Of a DNA stretch of 64,000 nucleotides, positions 28,307-37,170 are shown piece by piece. Both the position numbers and the translations under genes were made by a program. Each line of letters opens with the position of its first letter. The stretch's first letter is position 1. Origin of the DNA: Bacteroidales bacterium (GTDB taxonomy: Bacteria > Bacteroidota > Bacteroidia > Bacteroidales > UBA932); NCBI GenBank assembly GCA_022508605.1, contig JAFLUX010000002.1, positions 5,230 through 69,229 on the forward strand. Reading direction: 5' to 3'. Below the pieces are notes generated by a model, which saw only the letters and a list, made by a program, of their open reading frames with translations, was not told the origin of the DNA and made no database searches.

Positions 28307-29506
28307 TTAAATTTTCTGAAAAAGCGGCCTGAGGTCGAGATTGAAAAAATCCTCCAGCGGAAGTCCTTCCGGCCCGACTATAAAAGCCGCAGAAATCCGG
28401 TCCGCATAAACTTTTTTGAATTTCTCGAACCCGGACAGGTCGTCGGCCCGACTGCTTTTCACTTCTATGCCAATGAGGGCCTGTCCCTTTTTGAGGACAT
28501 AGTCGCATTCCTGCCCCTTGTCATTTCTCCAATAGAGCAGTTCGAAATTGTCCAGTACAGACCTGTTTGCCAGATGGGCGCCTACGGCAGATTCGACCTG
28601 ACGCCCCCATTCCGCAGGATTCACCCGTGCCTCGTCGAATGAGAACAAATCATAACGGTTCCGGAATCCGCTGTTGTAAACCTGCATCTTCGGGACCGAC
28701 CGTTTCTCCGTAACGGGCGACGGCGAATATTTTCCGAGCGGCCGAACAGTCATGGTCTTGTCCAATATATCAAGATAGCTCTTTATTGTCGGGACGCTTC
28801 CGCTGTTCATGCATCCCTGCATCTTTGTCAGAGACAATTCCTTTGCAGATTCCATGCAAGCCAGTTCGAAGACCTGGCGCAACAATGCGGGATTTCGGAT
28901 TTCATCTATTTCCAAGATGTCCCGAGAGAGTATCGGCGAAATAATCGAACTCTCCATCAGGTCTCTCCATCGGTCCTCGTCGCGTATATCGGGCGCCAGA
29001 CCAGGGAACCCCCCGAAGTAGATATACTCTTCCATAGAGAAACCGAAAGCATCGTGCATTTCCTGCCACTCCCAGTAGCCCATTTTGAGGGCTTCGAAAC
29101 GACCTTCCAGCGACTCCTCCAGCCCTTTTTGCAGCAGGACGCGGGAAGACCCGAGCAGGATGACTTTCAAGTTGCGCTGCGAACGGGTGTCTTCATCCCA
29201 TTCTTTTTTCACTTGTTCGCTCCATCCTTCCACTTTTTGGATTTCATCTATGATAAGAATCCGTTCCGCTTCACCGTGCAGGTCCATTTTCATGCGGGAC
29301 TCCTGCCAACGGTTTGAAATCCACCGGGTGTCGGAGCGGGGGACATTGTCTGCCGCAAAAAAGTCGACAGGGACAATTGTCTGCCTTGTGAACTGAAGGA
29401 CCATCGTAGACTTGCCCACTTGACGGGGCCCCATGACGATTTGCATCCGCCGTCGGGGTTCGGCCATCCGGGAAAGCAGGACTTGCAGGTGTTTTCGCTC
29501 GAACAT
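28307..29506 (-). CDS. AAA_14 + DUF4143 ATP-binding protein
   Basis: Walker A GPRQVGKST, Walker B LIIDEIQ, LLGSS, YFGGFPG, C-terminal ECDYV..IGIEVKS (PD-(D/E)XK-like). Confidence 0.92.
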   Translation of the reverse strand: MFERKHLQVLLSRMAEPRRRMQIVMGPRQVGKSTMVLQFTRQTIVPVDFFAADNVPRSDTRWISNRWQESRMKMDLHGEAERILIIDEIQKVEGWSEQVKKEWDEDTRSQRNLKVILLGSSRVLLQKGLEESLEGRFEALKMGYWEWQEMHDAFGFSMEEYIYFGGFPGLAPDIRDEDRWRDLMESSIISPILSRDILEIDEIRNPALLRQVFELACMESAKELSLTKMQGCMNSGSVPTIKSYLDILDKTMTVRPLGKYSPSPVTEKRSVPKMQVYNSGFRNRYDLFSFDEARVNPAEWGRQVESAVGAHLANRSVLDNFELLYWRNDKGQECDYVLKKGQALIGIEVKSSRADDLSGFEKFKKVYADRISAAFIVGPEGLPLEDFFNLDLRPLFQKI

Positions 29507-29510
29507 CAGT

Positions 29511-29554
29511 TTTATAAATTATATTTTACAAATTTATAAAATATATTTTACAAA
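29511..29554. repeat. 22-bp tandem direct repeat in the AAA ATPase promoter
   Basis: TTTATAAATTATATTTTACAAA / TTTATAAAATATATTTTACAAA (one mismatch); a minus-strand TAAATTTG box spans the junction. Confidence 0.85.
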
Positions 29555-29600
29555 ATCGCAAAACATTGATTGATAATCAAAGAAACCTCCTGAAACAGCC

Positions 29601-29671
29601 CCGGGACCGAAAACCCGCCCTTCGCTGCAAAACCCTAGAAACACGCAGCTCGAGTTCGTTTTCGGTCCCGG
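29601..29671. repeat. 14-bp perfect inverted repeat enclosing 43 nt (REP/MITE-like)
   Basis: CCGGGACCGAAAAC (29601-29614) ... GTTTTCGGTCCCGG (29658-29671); inner GCTGC/GCAGC stem. Confidence 0.7.
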
Positions 29672-29705
29672 ACTATTCATAGGGCCGCGGATGCGGCCGG
29701 GAAGG

Positions 29706-31226
29706 TTATACAATAAGCCGTTCTTCGGCCCTGCGGAAGCGCATGAGCGCCTCTTCCCGGCCTATGAAACGTATTATTTCAGCGATACCGAGCCCGCTCG
29801 AGGAGCCGGTGAGTGCAAGGCGTATGCAGTTCATCACCTTGCCCATGGGCCATTCCATAGCGCGGATGTACTCTTCCATTTCTTCCACGCTGCCCGTGGA
29901 TTCCAGGGCCTGATGCGCCATGCGTACATTTTCTTCTTTCCAGAACTTTGCGGCATCCTTCTCCACGTATTCCTCCGGAGCCTTGAACAGATACCACGCG
30001 ATGTTCCAGAAGTCGGACACGAATGTGGCTCGCTCCTTGATGAGGGCCACTATCTCCAGGACGGTATTTTCATCTGCCGCGACGCCTTCTGCGGCGAGCA
30101 CGGGCATCCATGCCGCGGCAAGCTCCCGGTCGGAGCGCATGCGGAGGTATTCTTTGTTGAACCACTTCGCCTTGTCCGGATTGAATTTGGCCCCGGACTT
30201 GCCGACCTTGTCGAGAGAAAATGCCTGTATGAGCTGTTCCATGGAGAATATCTCCTGTTCGGTGCCGGGGTTCCAGCCCAGCATCGCAAGCAGATTCACG
30301 AATGCATCCGGGAAGTATCCGTCTTCCCTGTATCCCCTCGACTCCGTGCCGTCGGCCGCCGTCCATTTGAGGGGGAATACGGGGAATCCCATCTTGTCGC
30401 CGTCGCGCTTGCTCAGCTTGCCGTTCCCGACGGGCTTGAGCAGCAGGGGCAGGTGGGCGAATTCCGGTCTTTCCCAGCCGAAGGCCGCATAAAGCAGGTA
30501 GTGCAGGGGCAGCGAGGGCAGCCATTCTTCTCCGCGTATGACCTTTGTGATTTCCATCAAATGGTCGTCCACGATGTTCGCGAGGTGGTATGTGGGCAGT
30601 TCGTCCGCCCTTTTCCAGAGTACTTTGTCGTCGAGCGTGGAGCTGTTCACCTCTATGTGACCCCGGATGAGGTCGTCCATTTCGACCGTTTCGTTTTCCG
30701 GCATGCGGAAGCGTATGGTCCAGTCGTCGCGCTCCGCAATCAGGCGCTCCGTCTCGGCCCCGGAGAGGGTGAGGGAGTTCCGCAGAGAGCTGCGGGTGGC
30801 GGCGTTGTAGATGAATGTCCGCCCTTCGCTCTCGGCTTCGGCCCTTGCCTTTTCAAGCTCGGCCGCGCTGTCGAAAGCATAATATGCAAAGCCTCCCGAC
30901 ACCAGCTGCTCGGCATATTTCCTGTATATGCTGCGGCGCTGGGACTGCCTGTACGGGGCGTGCGGGTTGCGTGCGGAAACGCTTTCCGCCACCTTGCCGT
31001 TCTCGTCGAGCCCTTCATCCGGCTCTATTCCGCACCAGCGCAGGGATTCTATTATGTATTCTTCCGCCCCGGGAACGAAGCGGTGAGAGTCGGTGTCTTC
31101 TATGCGAAGTATGAAATCCCCGCCCTCTTTTTTTGCTATCAGGTAGTTGTACAGTGCCGTGCGCACCCCGCCCATGTGCAGCGGGCCGGTCGGCGAGGGG
31201 GCGAATCTTACTCTTGTCCTTTTCAT
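29706..31226 (-). CDS. gltX: Glutamyl-tRNA synthetase
   Basis: RVRFAPSPTGPLHMGG (HIGH), LRIEDTD, KLSKR (KMSKS). Confidence 0.97.
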   Translation of the reverse strand: MKRTRVRFAPSPTGPLHMGGVRTALYNYLIAKKEGGDFILRIEDTDSHRFVPGAEEYIIESLRWCGIEPDEGLDENGKVAESVSARNPHAPYRQSQRRSIYRKYAEQLVSGGFAYYAFDSAAELEKARAEAESEGRTFIYNAATRSSLRNSLTLSGAETERLIAERDDWTIRFRMPENETVEMDDLIRGHIEVNSSTLDDKVLWKRADELPTYHLANIVDDHLMEITKVIRGEEWLPSLPLHYLLYAAFGWERPEFAHLPLLLKPVGNGKLSKRDGDKMGFPVFPLKWTAADGTESRGYREDGYFPDAFVNLLAMLGWNPGTEQEIFSMEQLIQAFSLDKVGKSGAKFNPDKAKWFNKEYLRMRSDRELAAAWMPVLAAEGVAADENTVLEIVALIKERATFVSDFWNIAWYLFKAPEEYVEKDAAKFWKEENVRMAHQALESTGSVEEMEEYIRAMEWPMGKVMNCIRLALTGSSSGLGIAEIIRFIGREEALMRFRRAEERLIV

Positions 31227-32470
31227 ATTCTTCTGATTGCAGGTATGTTTTCGAGATCGGACAACTGCTGCCCCTCCGAAACCAGCAGTACCGGTTTCTT
31301 CTCCGGGTCGATGCGGAATGTCCTCAGGTTGTCGGTGGAGCTGTAGCCTATCCTCGAACCTACGTTGTCTTCCATGAGGCTGATGCCGCGGGTGCTGGCG
31401 GCCTCGTTCTTGTCGTAAACGAAACTGCGCGTAATCATGATGTAATTGCCCATGTCGCGCCTCGAACCCATGATGTCTATGAATCTGAGTCCGGTCACTA
31501 TCGAGGTGATGTGGATGTGGTCCCCGACTTCCGGGTCTTCGTCCCAGATAAGGCCGCGCTTGAAGTTGTTCGCCCCGCCGGTGTACTCGTCTATGCGGCA
31601 GTTTATCTCGGACATGTCGTCCATGGTGAGGCCCTGGTCGTTCTTGCCTCCGGTGATGTTGACGAGCACGTTTTTGGCAGTCTTGAGGTCGAAGTCGTTG
31701 AGCAGGGGAGACTCGAATGCCTCCCGCACCGCGTCTTCGATGCGGTTGGGACCGCTGCCCTCTCCATATCCCATGAGCGCCATGCCACTGTCTTTCATCA
31801 TGGTCATCACGTCTTCAAAGTCCACGTTGATGTAGCCCGGCTTCTGAATGATTTCGATGATGCCCTTGACGGCCGTATTCAACACTTCGTCCGCCTTGGG
31901 GAAGGCATCGTGCGTGAGCTGTGAGCCGAAGTGGTCGTAGAGCTTCTCGTTGTTGATGATGAGCATCGAATCCACGTTCTTTTCCAGCTCCTGTATGCCG
32001 TCTATGGCGCGTGACATGGTCCTGTCGCCTTCGTTTTTGAATGGCAGGGTCACCACGGCCACGGTCAGTATGCCTTTCTCCTTGGCCATCTTGGCTATTA
32101 TGGGCGTGGCCCCCGTGCCGGTGCCTCCTCCCATGCCGGCTGTGATGAACAGCATGCGCGTGCCGGTGTCTATGATCTTGCTCTCTATTTCGCTCTGGCT
32201 GTCTATGGCCGCATTGCGTCCCTTTATGGGATTGGTGCCGGCCCCGAGTCCTGCGCCCATCTGTATCTTCACGGGCACCGGACTGCGTTCGAGGGCCTGG
32301 GAATCGGTGTTGCACACGACGAAACTGCACCCTTCGAGTCCTGAACGGTACATGTACGAAACGGCATTGCATCCGCCGCCTCCTACGCCTATGACCTTGA
32401 TAATCTGGTCGGAGCGCATCCAGTCTTTGGGAGTGGTGGCCTCCAGGTCTATATTGAAATCTTCGAACAT
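31223..32470 (-). CDS. ftsZ: Cell division protein FtsZ
   Basis: IKVIGVGGGGCNAV, AGMGGGTGTG, INVDFEDV. Confidence 0.98.
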   Translation of the reverse strand: MFEDFNIDLEATTPKDWMRSDQIIKVIGVGGGGCNAVSYMYRSGLEGCSFVVCNTDSQALERSPVPVKIQMGAGLGAGTNPIKGRNAAIDSQSEIESKIIDTGTRMLFITAGMGGGTGTGATPIIAKMAKEKGILTVAVVTLPFKNEGDRTMSRAIDGIQELEKNVDSMLIINNEKLYDHFGSQLTHDAFPKADEVLNTAVKGIIEIIQKPGYINVDFEDVMTMMKDSGMALMGYGEGSGPNRIEDAVREAFESPLLNDFDLKTAKNVLVNITGGKNDQGLTMDDMSEINCRIDEYTGGANNFKRGLIWDEDPEVGDHIHITSIVTGLRFIDIMGSRRDMGNYIMITRSFVYDKNEAASTRGISLMEDNVGSRIGYSSTDNLRTFRIDPEKKPVLLVSEGQQLSDLENIPAIRRI

Positions 32471-32473
32471 AGC

Positions 32474-33952
32474 TTATTGCTCCTCTTCATTGTTTTTACC
32501 CATGTCGTCGTACAGATTGCCGAGTACCCCGTCGAATCCGCTTTCAAGGGCGTTGCCTATCTTCTTCCACAATATGTGGAGTCCTCCGGTCTTCGGCTCC
32601 CTCTGCGGCCTGGGCTGCCGTGGGGTCCTTGTACGGCGCGGGGTCTTGACTATCACTTTCTCGATTTCGTCATCATCGAATATGGTGGTGCGGACCGGCT
32701 CCTCCTCTTTCTCCGTTCCGGAAGCCTCGTCCGCCGCGGGGGCGTCAGCTTTTCTGGCTGCGGCCTCCTCTATGCAGTTGAGGTAGGGATCCGCCGCCGC
32801 TTCCAGGACCATGCCCACGGATGCCGCGGCCTCCGCCTCTCCGATGCCGGGACAGCCGTCGGAACTGAACTTGCGTGCCAGCGGGAATCCCACCCTCACG
32901 TTGTATCCGGATTCTTCCTTGATGAGGTTGATGAGGTTGACGAGGTTGGCCCCGCCGCCCGTGAGCACTATTCCGCAGCGCAGCCTGTCGGCAAATCCGC
33001 TCTCCTGTATCAGGTAGAGCATGGCCTGCACTATTTCCTTGCAGCGGCTGGTGATGATTTCCGAAAGATATTTGACGCTGAGGTGTTCGTAGGTGCCGTT
33101 CTCCTCGTCGTTTATCTGCAGCACCTTGTCGCTCATAGTCTGGAGCTTGTCGGGCAGGCAGGCTCCGAATGCGAGCTTGACGTTTTCGGCGAGCGTGTCG
33201 TCGAAGGCGCACTCCAGCCGTATGTCGGTGGTGATGCTCTTGCCTCCGAACGGGATGGATGCGAAGTAGCGCAGGATGCCGCCCTGATATATGGACAGGG
33301 AAGTGACGCCGGCACCCATCTCTATGAGGGCGACGCCGTTTATGGTCTCGTCGTTCTTGAGTACGGCCTCTCCCACGGCGACGGGGGTGAAGATGGCCTG
33401 GGCGAGGGCGACGCCGGCATTGTTCATCATGATGTCTATGTTGCGCACGACTCTCTTGGCGCCGACGAAAAATTTGAAATTGCCGGACAACTTGTCGCTG
33501 CATGTGCCGACCACGTCCTCCTCGCTGCCTATGATGTCATCTATGGCGAAAGACTGAGGCACCGCGCCGTAGATGATGTTCTTGTCGCTGTCCTTCAGCG
33601 GATAGGTGTCGAGCGCTATGCTCTTGAGCGAGTTGATTTCGTCGTCGCTTATTATGGCGGACGGGTCGCTGCGGTCTATGTTGGCGCTCGCGCTTTCCTG
33701 GCGGACACTGTATCGCGGCAGGCCCACCACCACCTGCAGTATCTTTATCTGCAATTCGTCTTCGGCCTCCTTTATCGCGGCCTTCAGCGGCACGGCGGCC
33801 TTCATCGGATTGAATACGCAGTTGTAGCGTATGCCGTCCGACGGGCGTTCCTTGTAGTAGATGATCTGAACATTTTCGCCCGATATCTTTGCTACGCAGA
33901 GCGCGAGTTTCGAAGTGCCCAGATCGACAGTCGCTATATATCTTTCCTGCAT
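32474..33952 (-). CDS. ftsA: Cell division protein FtsA
   Basis: VDLGTSK, IEMGAGVT, PFGGKSIT, VLTGGGANL. Confidence 0.95.
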   Translation of the reverse strand: MQERYIATVDLGTSKLALCVAKISGENVQIIYYKERPSDGIRYNCVFNPMKAAVPLKAAIKEAEDELQIKILQVVVGLPRYSVRQESASANIDRSDPSAIISDDEINSLKSIALDTYPLKDSDKNIIYGAVPQSFAIDDIIGSEEDVVGTCSDKLSGNFKFFVGAKRVVRNIDIMMNNAGVALAQAIFTPVAVGEAVLKNDETINGVALIEMGAGVTSLSIYQGGILRYFASIPFGGKSITTDIRLECAFDDTLAENVKLAFGACLPDKLQTMSDKVLQINDEENGTYEHLSVKYLSEIITSRCKEIVQAMLYLIQESGFADRLRCGIVLTGGGANLVNLINLIKEESGYNVRVGFPLARKFSSDGCPGIGEAEAAASVGMVLEAAADPYLNCIEEAAARKADAPAADEASGTEKEEEPVRTTIFDDDEIEKVIVKTPRRTRTPRQPRPQREPKTGGLHILWKKIGNALESGFDGVLGNLYDDMGKNNEEEQ

Positions 33953-34686
33953 ATTATTTGTTTGTTGTATTTCAGGTTTACGCTTTTGTAATATCCTTCT
34001 CCCACATGGGGCAGTATGTGCGAATAATACTTGCCCATGCGGCTGAATTTCTCGTCGAAGCAGTCAGGAAAACCGATTATGAAACGCTCTCCGCTGTCCT
34101 TTATCCTCAGCTCTATGTCGCCCTGCCCGCTCACGCTGATCCTGTCTATCCTGTTTCTCCACTGCCGGGAAGACTTTATGTGGTTCATCAGTGCGAGCAC
34201 CCCTGAAGCCCAGGCCGCGTTCATCCCGTTTTCCAACGACGGGATATTGCCTTCGATTACCGGGACATCGGCCGTGTAGCTGCTGTGCAGCGGGAACACG
34301 AAACCCTCGGCATCCATGTAGAAACCCTCCTCGCCCCTCTGGAAACGCAGTACGGGAGCCCTCTGGGTCACCTCTATGTGCAGGACTCCGTTTCTGGTGG
34401 TCCAGGCTTCGCTTCTGAGTACGACTTTTTTCTCGCCGAGCAGCTTCTCTATGCCGGCAAGGTCGAGGCTGTCGAGACGCACCCCTATGCACGGGCCGTA
34501 TCTTTTCTCGAGGAACCCCTTTATATCGTCCTCCGTGACAAATTCCAGCTTGTCCTTGAAACGGACGTCTATGGAGTTGCAGACGGTGCCGGCCCCATCG
34601 CGCCGGGCGCACCCTGCGGCGAGTCCGAATGCCGCAAGGAGGATGGCCGTGAGGACAAGGCACGCTATGTGTCTGATACGTGTCAT
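33934..34686 (-). CDS. ftsQ: FtsQ-like cell division protein
   Basis: Single N-terminal TM helix, POTRA-like region, YKSVNLKYNKQIIC end; between murC and ftsA; start reassigned to MTRIRH. Confidence 0.85.
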   Translation of the reverse strand: MTRIRHIACLVLTAILLAAFGLAAGCARRDGAGTVCNSIDVRFKDKLEFVTEDDIKGFLEKRYGPCIGVRLDSLDLAGIEKLLGEKKVVLRSEAWTTRNGVLHIEVTQRAPVLRFQRGEEGFYMDAEGFVFPLHSSYTADVPVIEGNIPSLENGMNAAWASGVLALMNHIKSSRQWRNRIDRISVSGQGDIELRIKDSGERFIIGFPDCFDEKFSRMGKYYSHILPHVGEGYYKSVNLKYNKQIICRKDI

Positions 34687-36047
34687 CTTTCTGAGAGCAT
34701 GCGTTTTATCGGTTCTACGAAACGGTCTATGCTGCCGGCTCCGAAGGTGACAAGCACCTCCGGGTTCTCCTTCTCCAGAAGCGGCATGAGCCCTTCTGTG
34801 TCGGTCATGACTTTCTCCTGACACTTCACGTCATTGAAGATTAGCTCCGAGGTGACGCCCGGCAAAGGCTCCTCCCGGGCCGGGTAGATGTCCATGAGTA
34901 TGAGTTTGTCCACCGCGCTCAGCGCCTCTGCGAACTGCGGGGCGAAGTCCCTCGTGCGGGTGTAAAGATGCGGCTGGAACACGGCTGTTATCCTGCGTCC
35001 GGGGAAGATGCCCTTTATGGACGAAATGGCGGCGGAAAGCTCCTCCGGATGGTGGGCATAGTCGTCGATATAGACGAGCCCGGGACGGTTGACGTGTTCG
35101 TCGAGCCTGCGGCGCACTCCGGCGAAGCTGCCTATTGCACGCCTGAGTTTCTGTCCGTCCATGCCGTAGCACAGGCACACGGCCGCAGCGGCTATGCTGT
35201 TCTCCACGTTTATCCATCCGAGCGCCCCCACCCTTATGTCGTTGAGGGTGCCCCCGGGATATACGAGGTCGAAACTGTAGTGGCCGTCCGGGGCGAGCCT
35301 GAGGTTGCTGCTGTGAAAATCCGCCTTCGGGTTGTCGAAATGGTATGTGAATATCCGTGCGCCGGTATGCGACTCCGTTATGGGGAGTCCGTATTTGAGT
35401 ATCAGGGTCTCGTGAATCTGGGAGGCGAAACTGCGGTATGCCTCATGCACCTGCCCTATGTCGCCGTATATGTCGAGATGGTCGGCGTCCATGGCCGTAA
35501 TGGCGGCTATCGCAGGGTGCAGGCGCAGGAAGGAACGGTCGAATTCGTCCGCCTCCACGACCGCCGTCGGGGTGTTGCTCATGAGCAGGTTCGTGCCGTA
35601 GTTCTTCGATATGCCGCCGAGAAATGCGGAACATCCGTCTCCGGCCTCCGTCAGTATGTGGGCGACCAGGGTGGACGTGGTGGTCTTCCCGTGGGTGCCG
35701 GCTACGGCAAGGCAGGTCTGGTCTCGGGTGATTTCTCCGAGCGCCTCCGAGCGTTTGACAGTCCTGTAGCCATGTTCCCGGACATATTTCAGCTCCTCCA
35801 ACCCGTCCGGCACGGCCGGGGTGAAAATGACGAGGGTCGAGGATGCGTCCTGCGGTATGCGGCTCGTGTCGTCGTCGTAGTGCACGTCTATGCCCTCCGC
35901 CTCGAGCCGGGCCGTGAGTTCCGACGGCGTGCGATCATATCCGCTCACCCCGAAACCCCTGAACTTGAACCAGCGCGCCAGCGCGCTCATGCCTATGCCG
36001 CCTATCCCTATGAAATAGACATTCTTCGTCTTATTCTCCCTCATCAT
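34683..36047 (-). CDS. murC: UDP-N-acetylmuramate-L-alanine ligase
   Basis: YFIGIGGIGMSALA, AGTHGKTTTS, EADEFDRSF, DDYAHHP. Confidence 0.97.
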   Translation of the reverse strand: MMRENKTKNVYFIGIGGIGMSALARWFKFRGFGVSGYDRTPSELTARLEAEGIDVHYDDDTSRIPQDASSTLVIFTPAVPDGLEELKYVREHGYRTVKRSEALGEITRDQTCLAVAGTHGKTTTSTLVAHILTEAGDGCSAFLGGISKNYGTNLLMSNTPTAVVEADEFDRSFLRLHPAIAAITAMDADHLDIYGDIGQVHEAYRSFASQIHETLILKYGLPITESHTGARIFTYHFDNPKADFHSSNLRLAPDGHYSFDLVYPGGTLNDIRVGALGWINVENSIAAAAVCLCYGMDGQKLRRAIGSFAGVRRRLDEHVNRPGLVYIDDYAHHPEELSAAISSIKGIFPGRRITAVFQPHLYTRTRDFAPQFAEALSAVDKLILMDIYPAREEPLPGVTSELIFNDVKCQEKVMTDTEGLMPLLEKENPEVLVTFGAGSIDRFVEPIKRMLSER

Positions 36048-37170
36048 CCAGTATTTTATATATTTCGTCCACTATTGTCCGCGCGGCGGACGGAAGCGCC
36101 AGCGCCAGCGCGTTCTTTTCCAGTTCGGCGGTGCGTGCAGCGTCGTGCACCAGTTCCAGTGCCGTTGGCATAAGGGCAGTTGCCGCATCCGCATCCTTTA
36201 CCAGCAGGGCCGCACCCTTGCGCACCAGTGCCATGGCGTTGTGGGCCTGATGGTCCTCGGCTACATTGGGGGAGGGCACGAAAACGGCGGCCTTGCCTGC
36301 GGCGCATATCTCCGACACGGACGATGCCCCGCTGCGGCTGATTATCACGTCGGCCATGGCGTATGCGAGATCCATCCTCGCGATGAAGTCGCTGTACTGT
36401 ATGGACGGGAGGCTCCTGCCGAGCATGAATTCGTCTATCCCTTTCTTGTATCCGCGTCCGCACTGCCACAGCACCTCCACGTCTTCTCCTCCCGGACATC
36501 CGGCCTCTATCCAAGTCTTCATCGCATTGTTGAGGGTGCCGCAGCCGAGGCTGCCTCCGACGACGAGTATGTGTTTCTTGCTTTCGTCGAATCCGAGGCT
36601 GCGCAATCCTTCAAGCCTCTCGGCCTCGCCGTAAGGATGCATGGACGGACGTATCGGATTGCCGCTGAGGACTATTTTGTCCGCCGGGAAGAACCTTTCC
36701 ATGCCCTCATAGGCCACGCAAATCTTCTGAACCTTCGGGGCGAGCATCTTGTTGGTCAGACCGGCAAATCCGTTCTGCTCCTGTATGAGCGAGGGGATAT
36801 TCTTCCTTACCGCCGCCATCAGCAGGGGAGCGCTGGCATATCCGCCGACGCCTATGGCTATGTCCGGCCGGAATTCGTCTATTATGGCCCCGGCCTTGCG
36901 TATGCTGCCCATGAACTTGAAAGGCAGCTTCATGTTGGCTATGACATTGTGCAGGTTCAGCTGGCGCTGCAATCCGTTTATGGGAAGTCCGGTGATGCGG
37001 AATCCTTCGGCGGGGACTTTCTCCATCTCCATCTTGCCTTCCGCTCCCACGAACAGAATCTCCGTGTCGGGATTCACCGCCTTGAGTTCCTTCGCAATCG
37101 AGACGGCAGGGAAGATATGACCTCCCGTGCCTCCTCCGCTGATTATGGCCCTTATCCTTTTATATCCCAT
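36031..37170 (-). CDS. murG: Undecaprenyl-PP-MurNAc-pentapeptide GlcNAc transferase
   Basis: SGGGTGGHIFPA, QEQN, GGSLG, SRSGASSVSE, DHQAHNA; start reassigned to MGYKRI. Confidence 0.96.
   Translation of the reverse strand: MGYKRIRAIISGGGTGGHIFPAVSIAKELKAVNPDTEILFVGAEGKMEMEKVPAEGFRITGLPINGLQRQLNLHNVIANMKLPFKFMGSIRKAGAIIDEFRPDIAIGVGGYASAPLLMAAVRKNIPSLIQEQNGFAGLTNKMLAPKVQKICVAYEGMERFFPADKIVLSGNPIRPSMHPYGEAERLEGLRSLGFDESKKHILVVGGSLGCGTLNNAMKTWIEAGCPGGEDVEVLWQCGRGYKKGIDEFMLGRSLPSIQYSDFIARMDLAYAMADVIISRSGASSVSEICAAGKAAVFVPSPNVAEDHQAHNAMALVRKGAALLVKDADAATALMPTALELVHDAARTAELEKNALALALPSAARTIVDEIYKILDDEGE

Noticed and set aside
26690-29700. attL/attR duplication of the tRNA-Leu 3' end
   Set aside because: No second copy of GAGTTCGAGTCTCATCTCGCGC seen; the GTGTGCCCAGCCTCGGACTTG stretch near 26858 is only vaguely tRNA-end-like.
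31170-31190. HMGG instead of HIGG in the GltX HIGH motif
   Set aside because: Conservative substitution within known class I synthetase variation.
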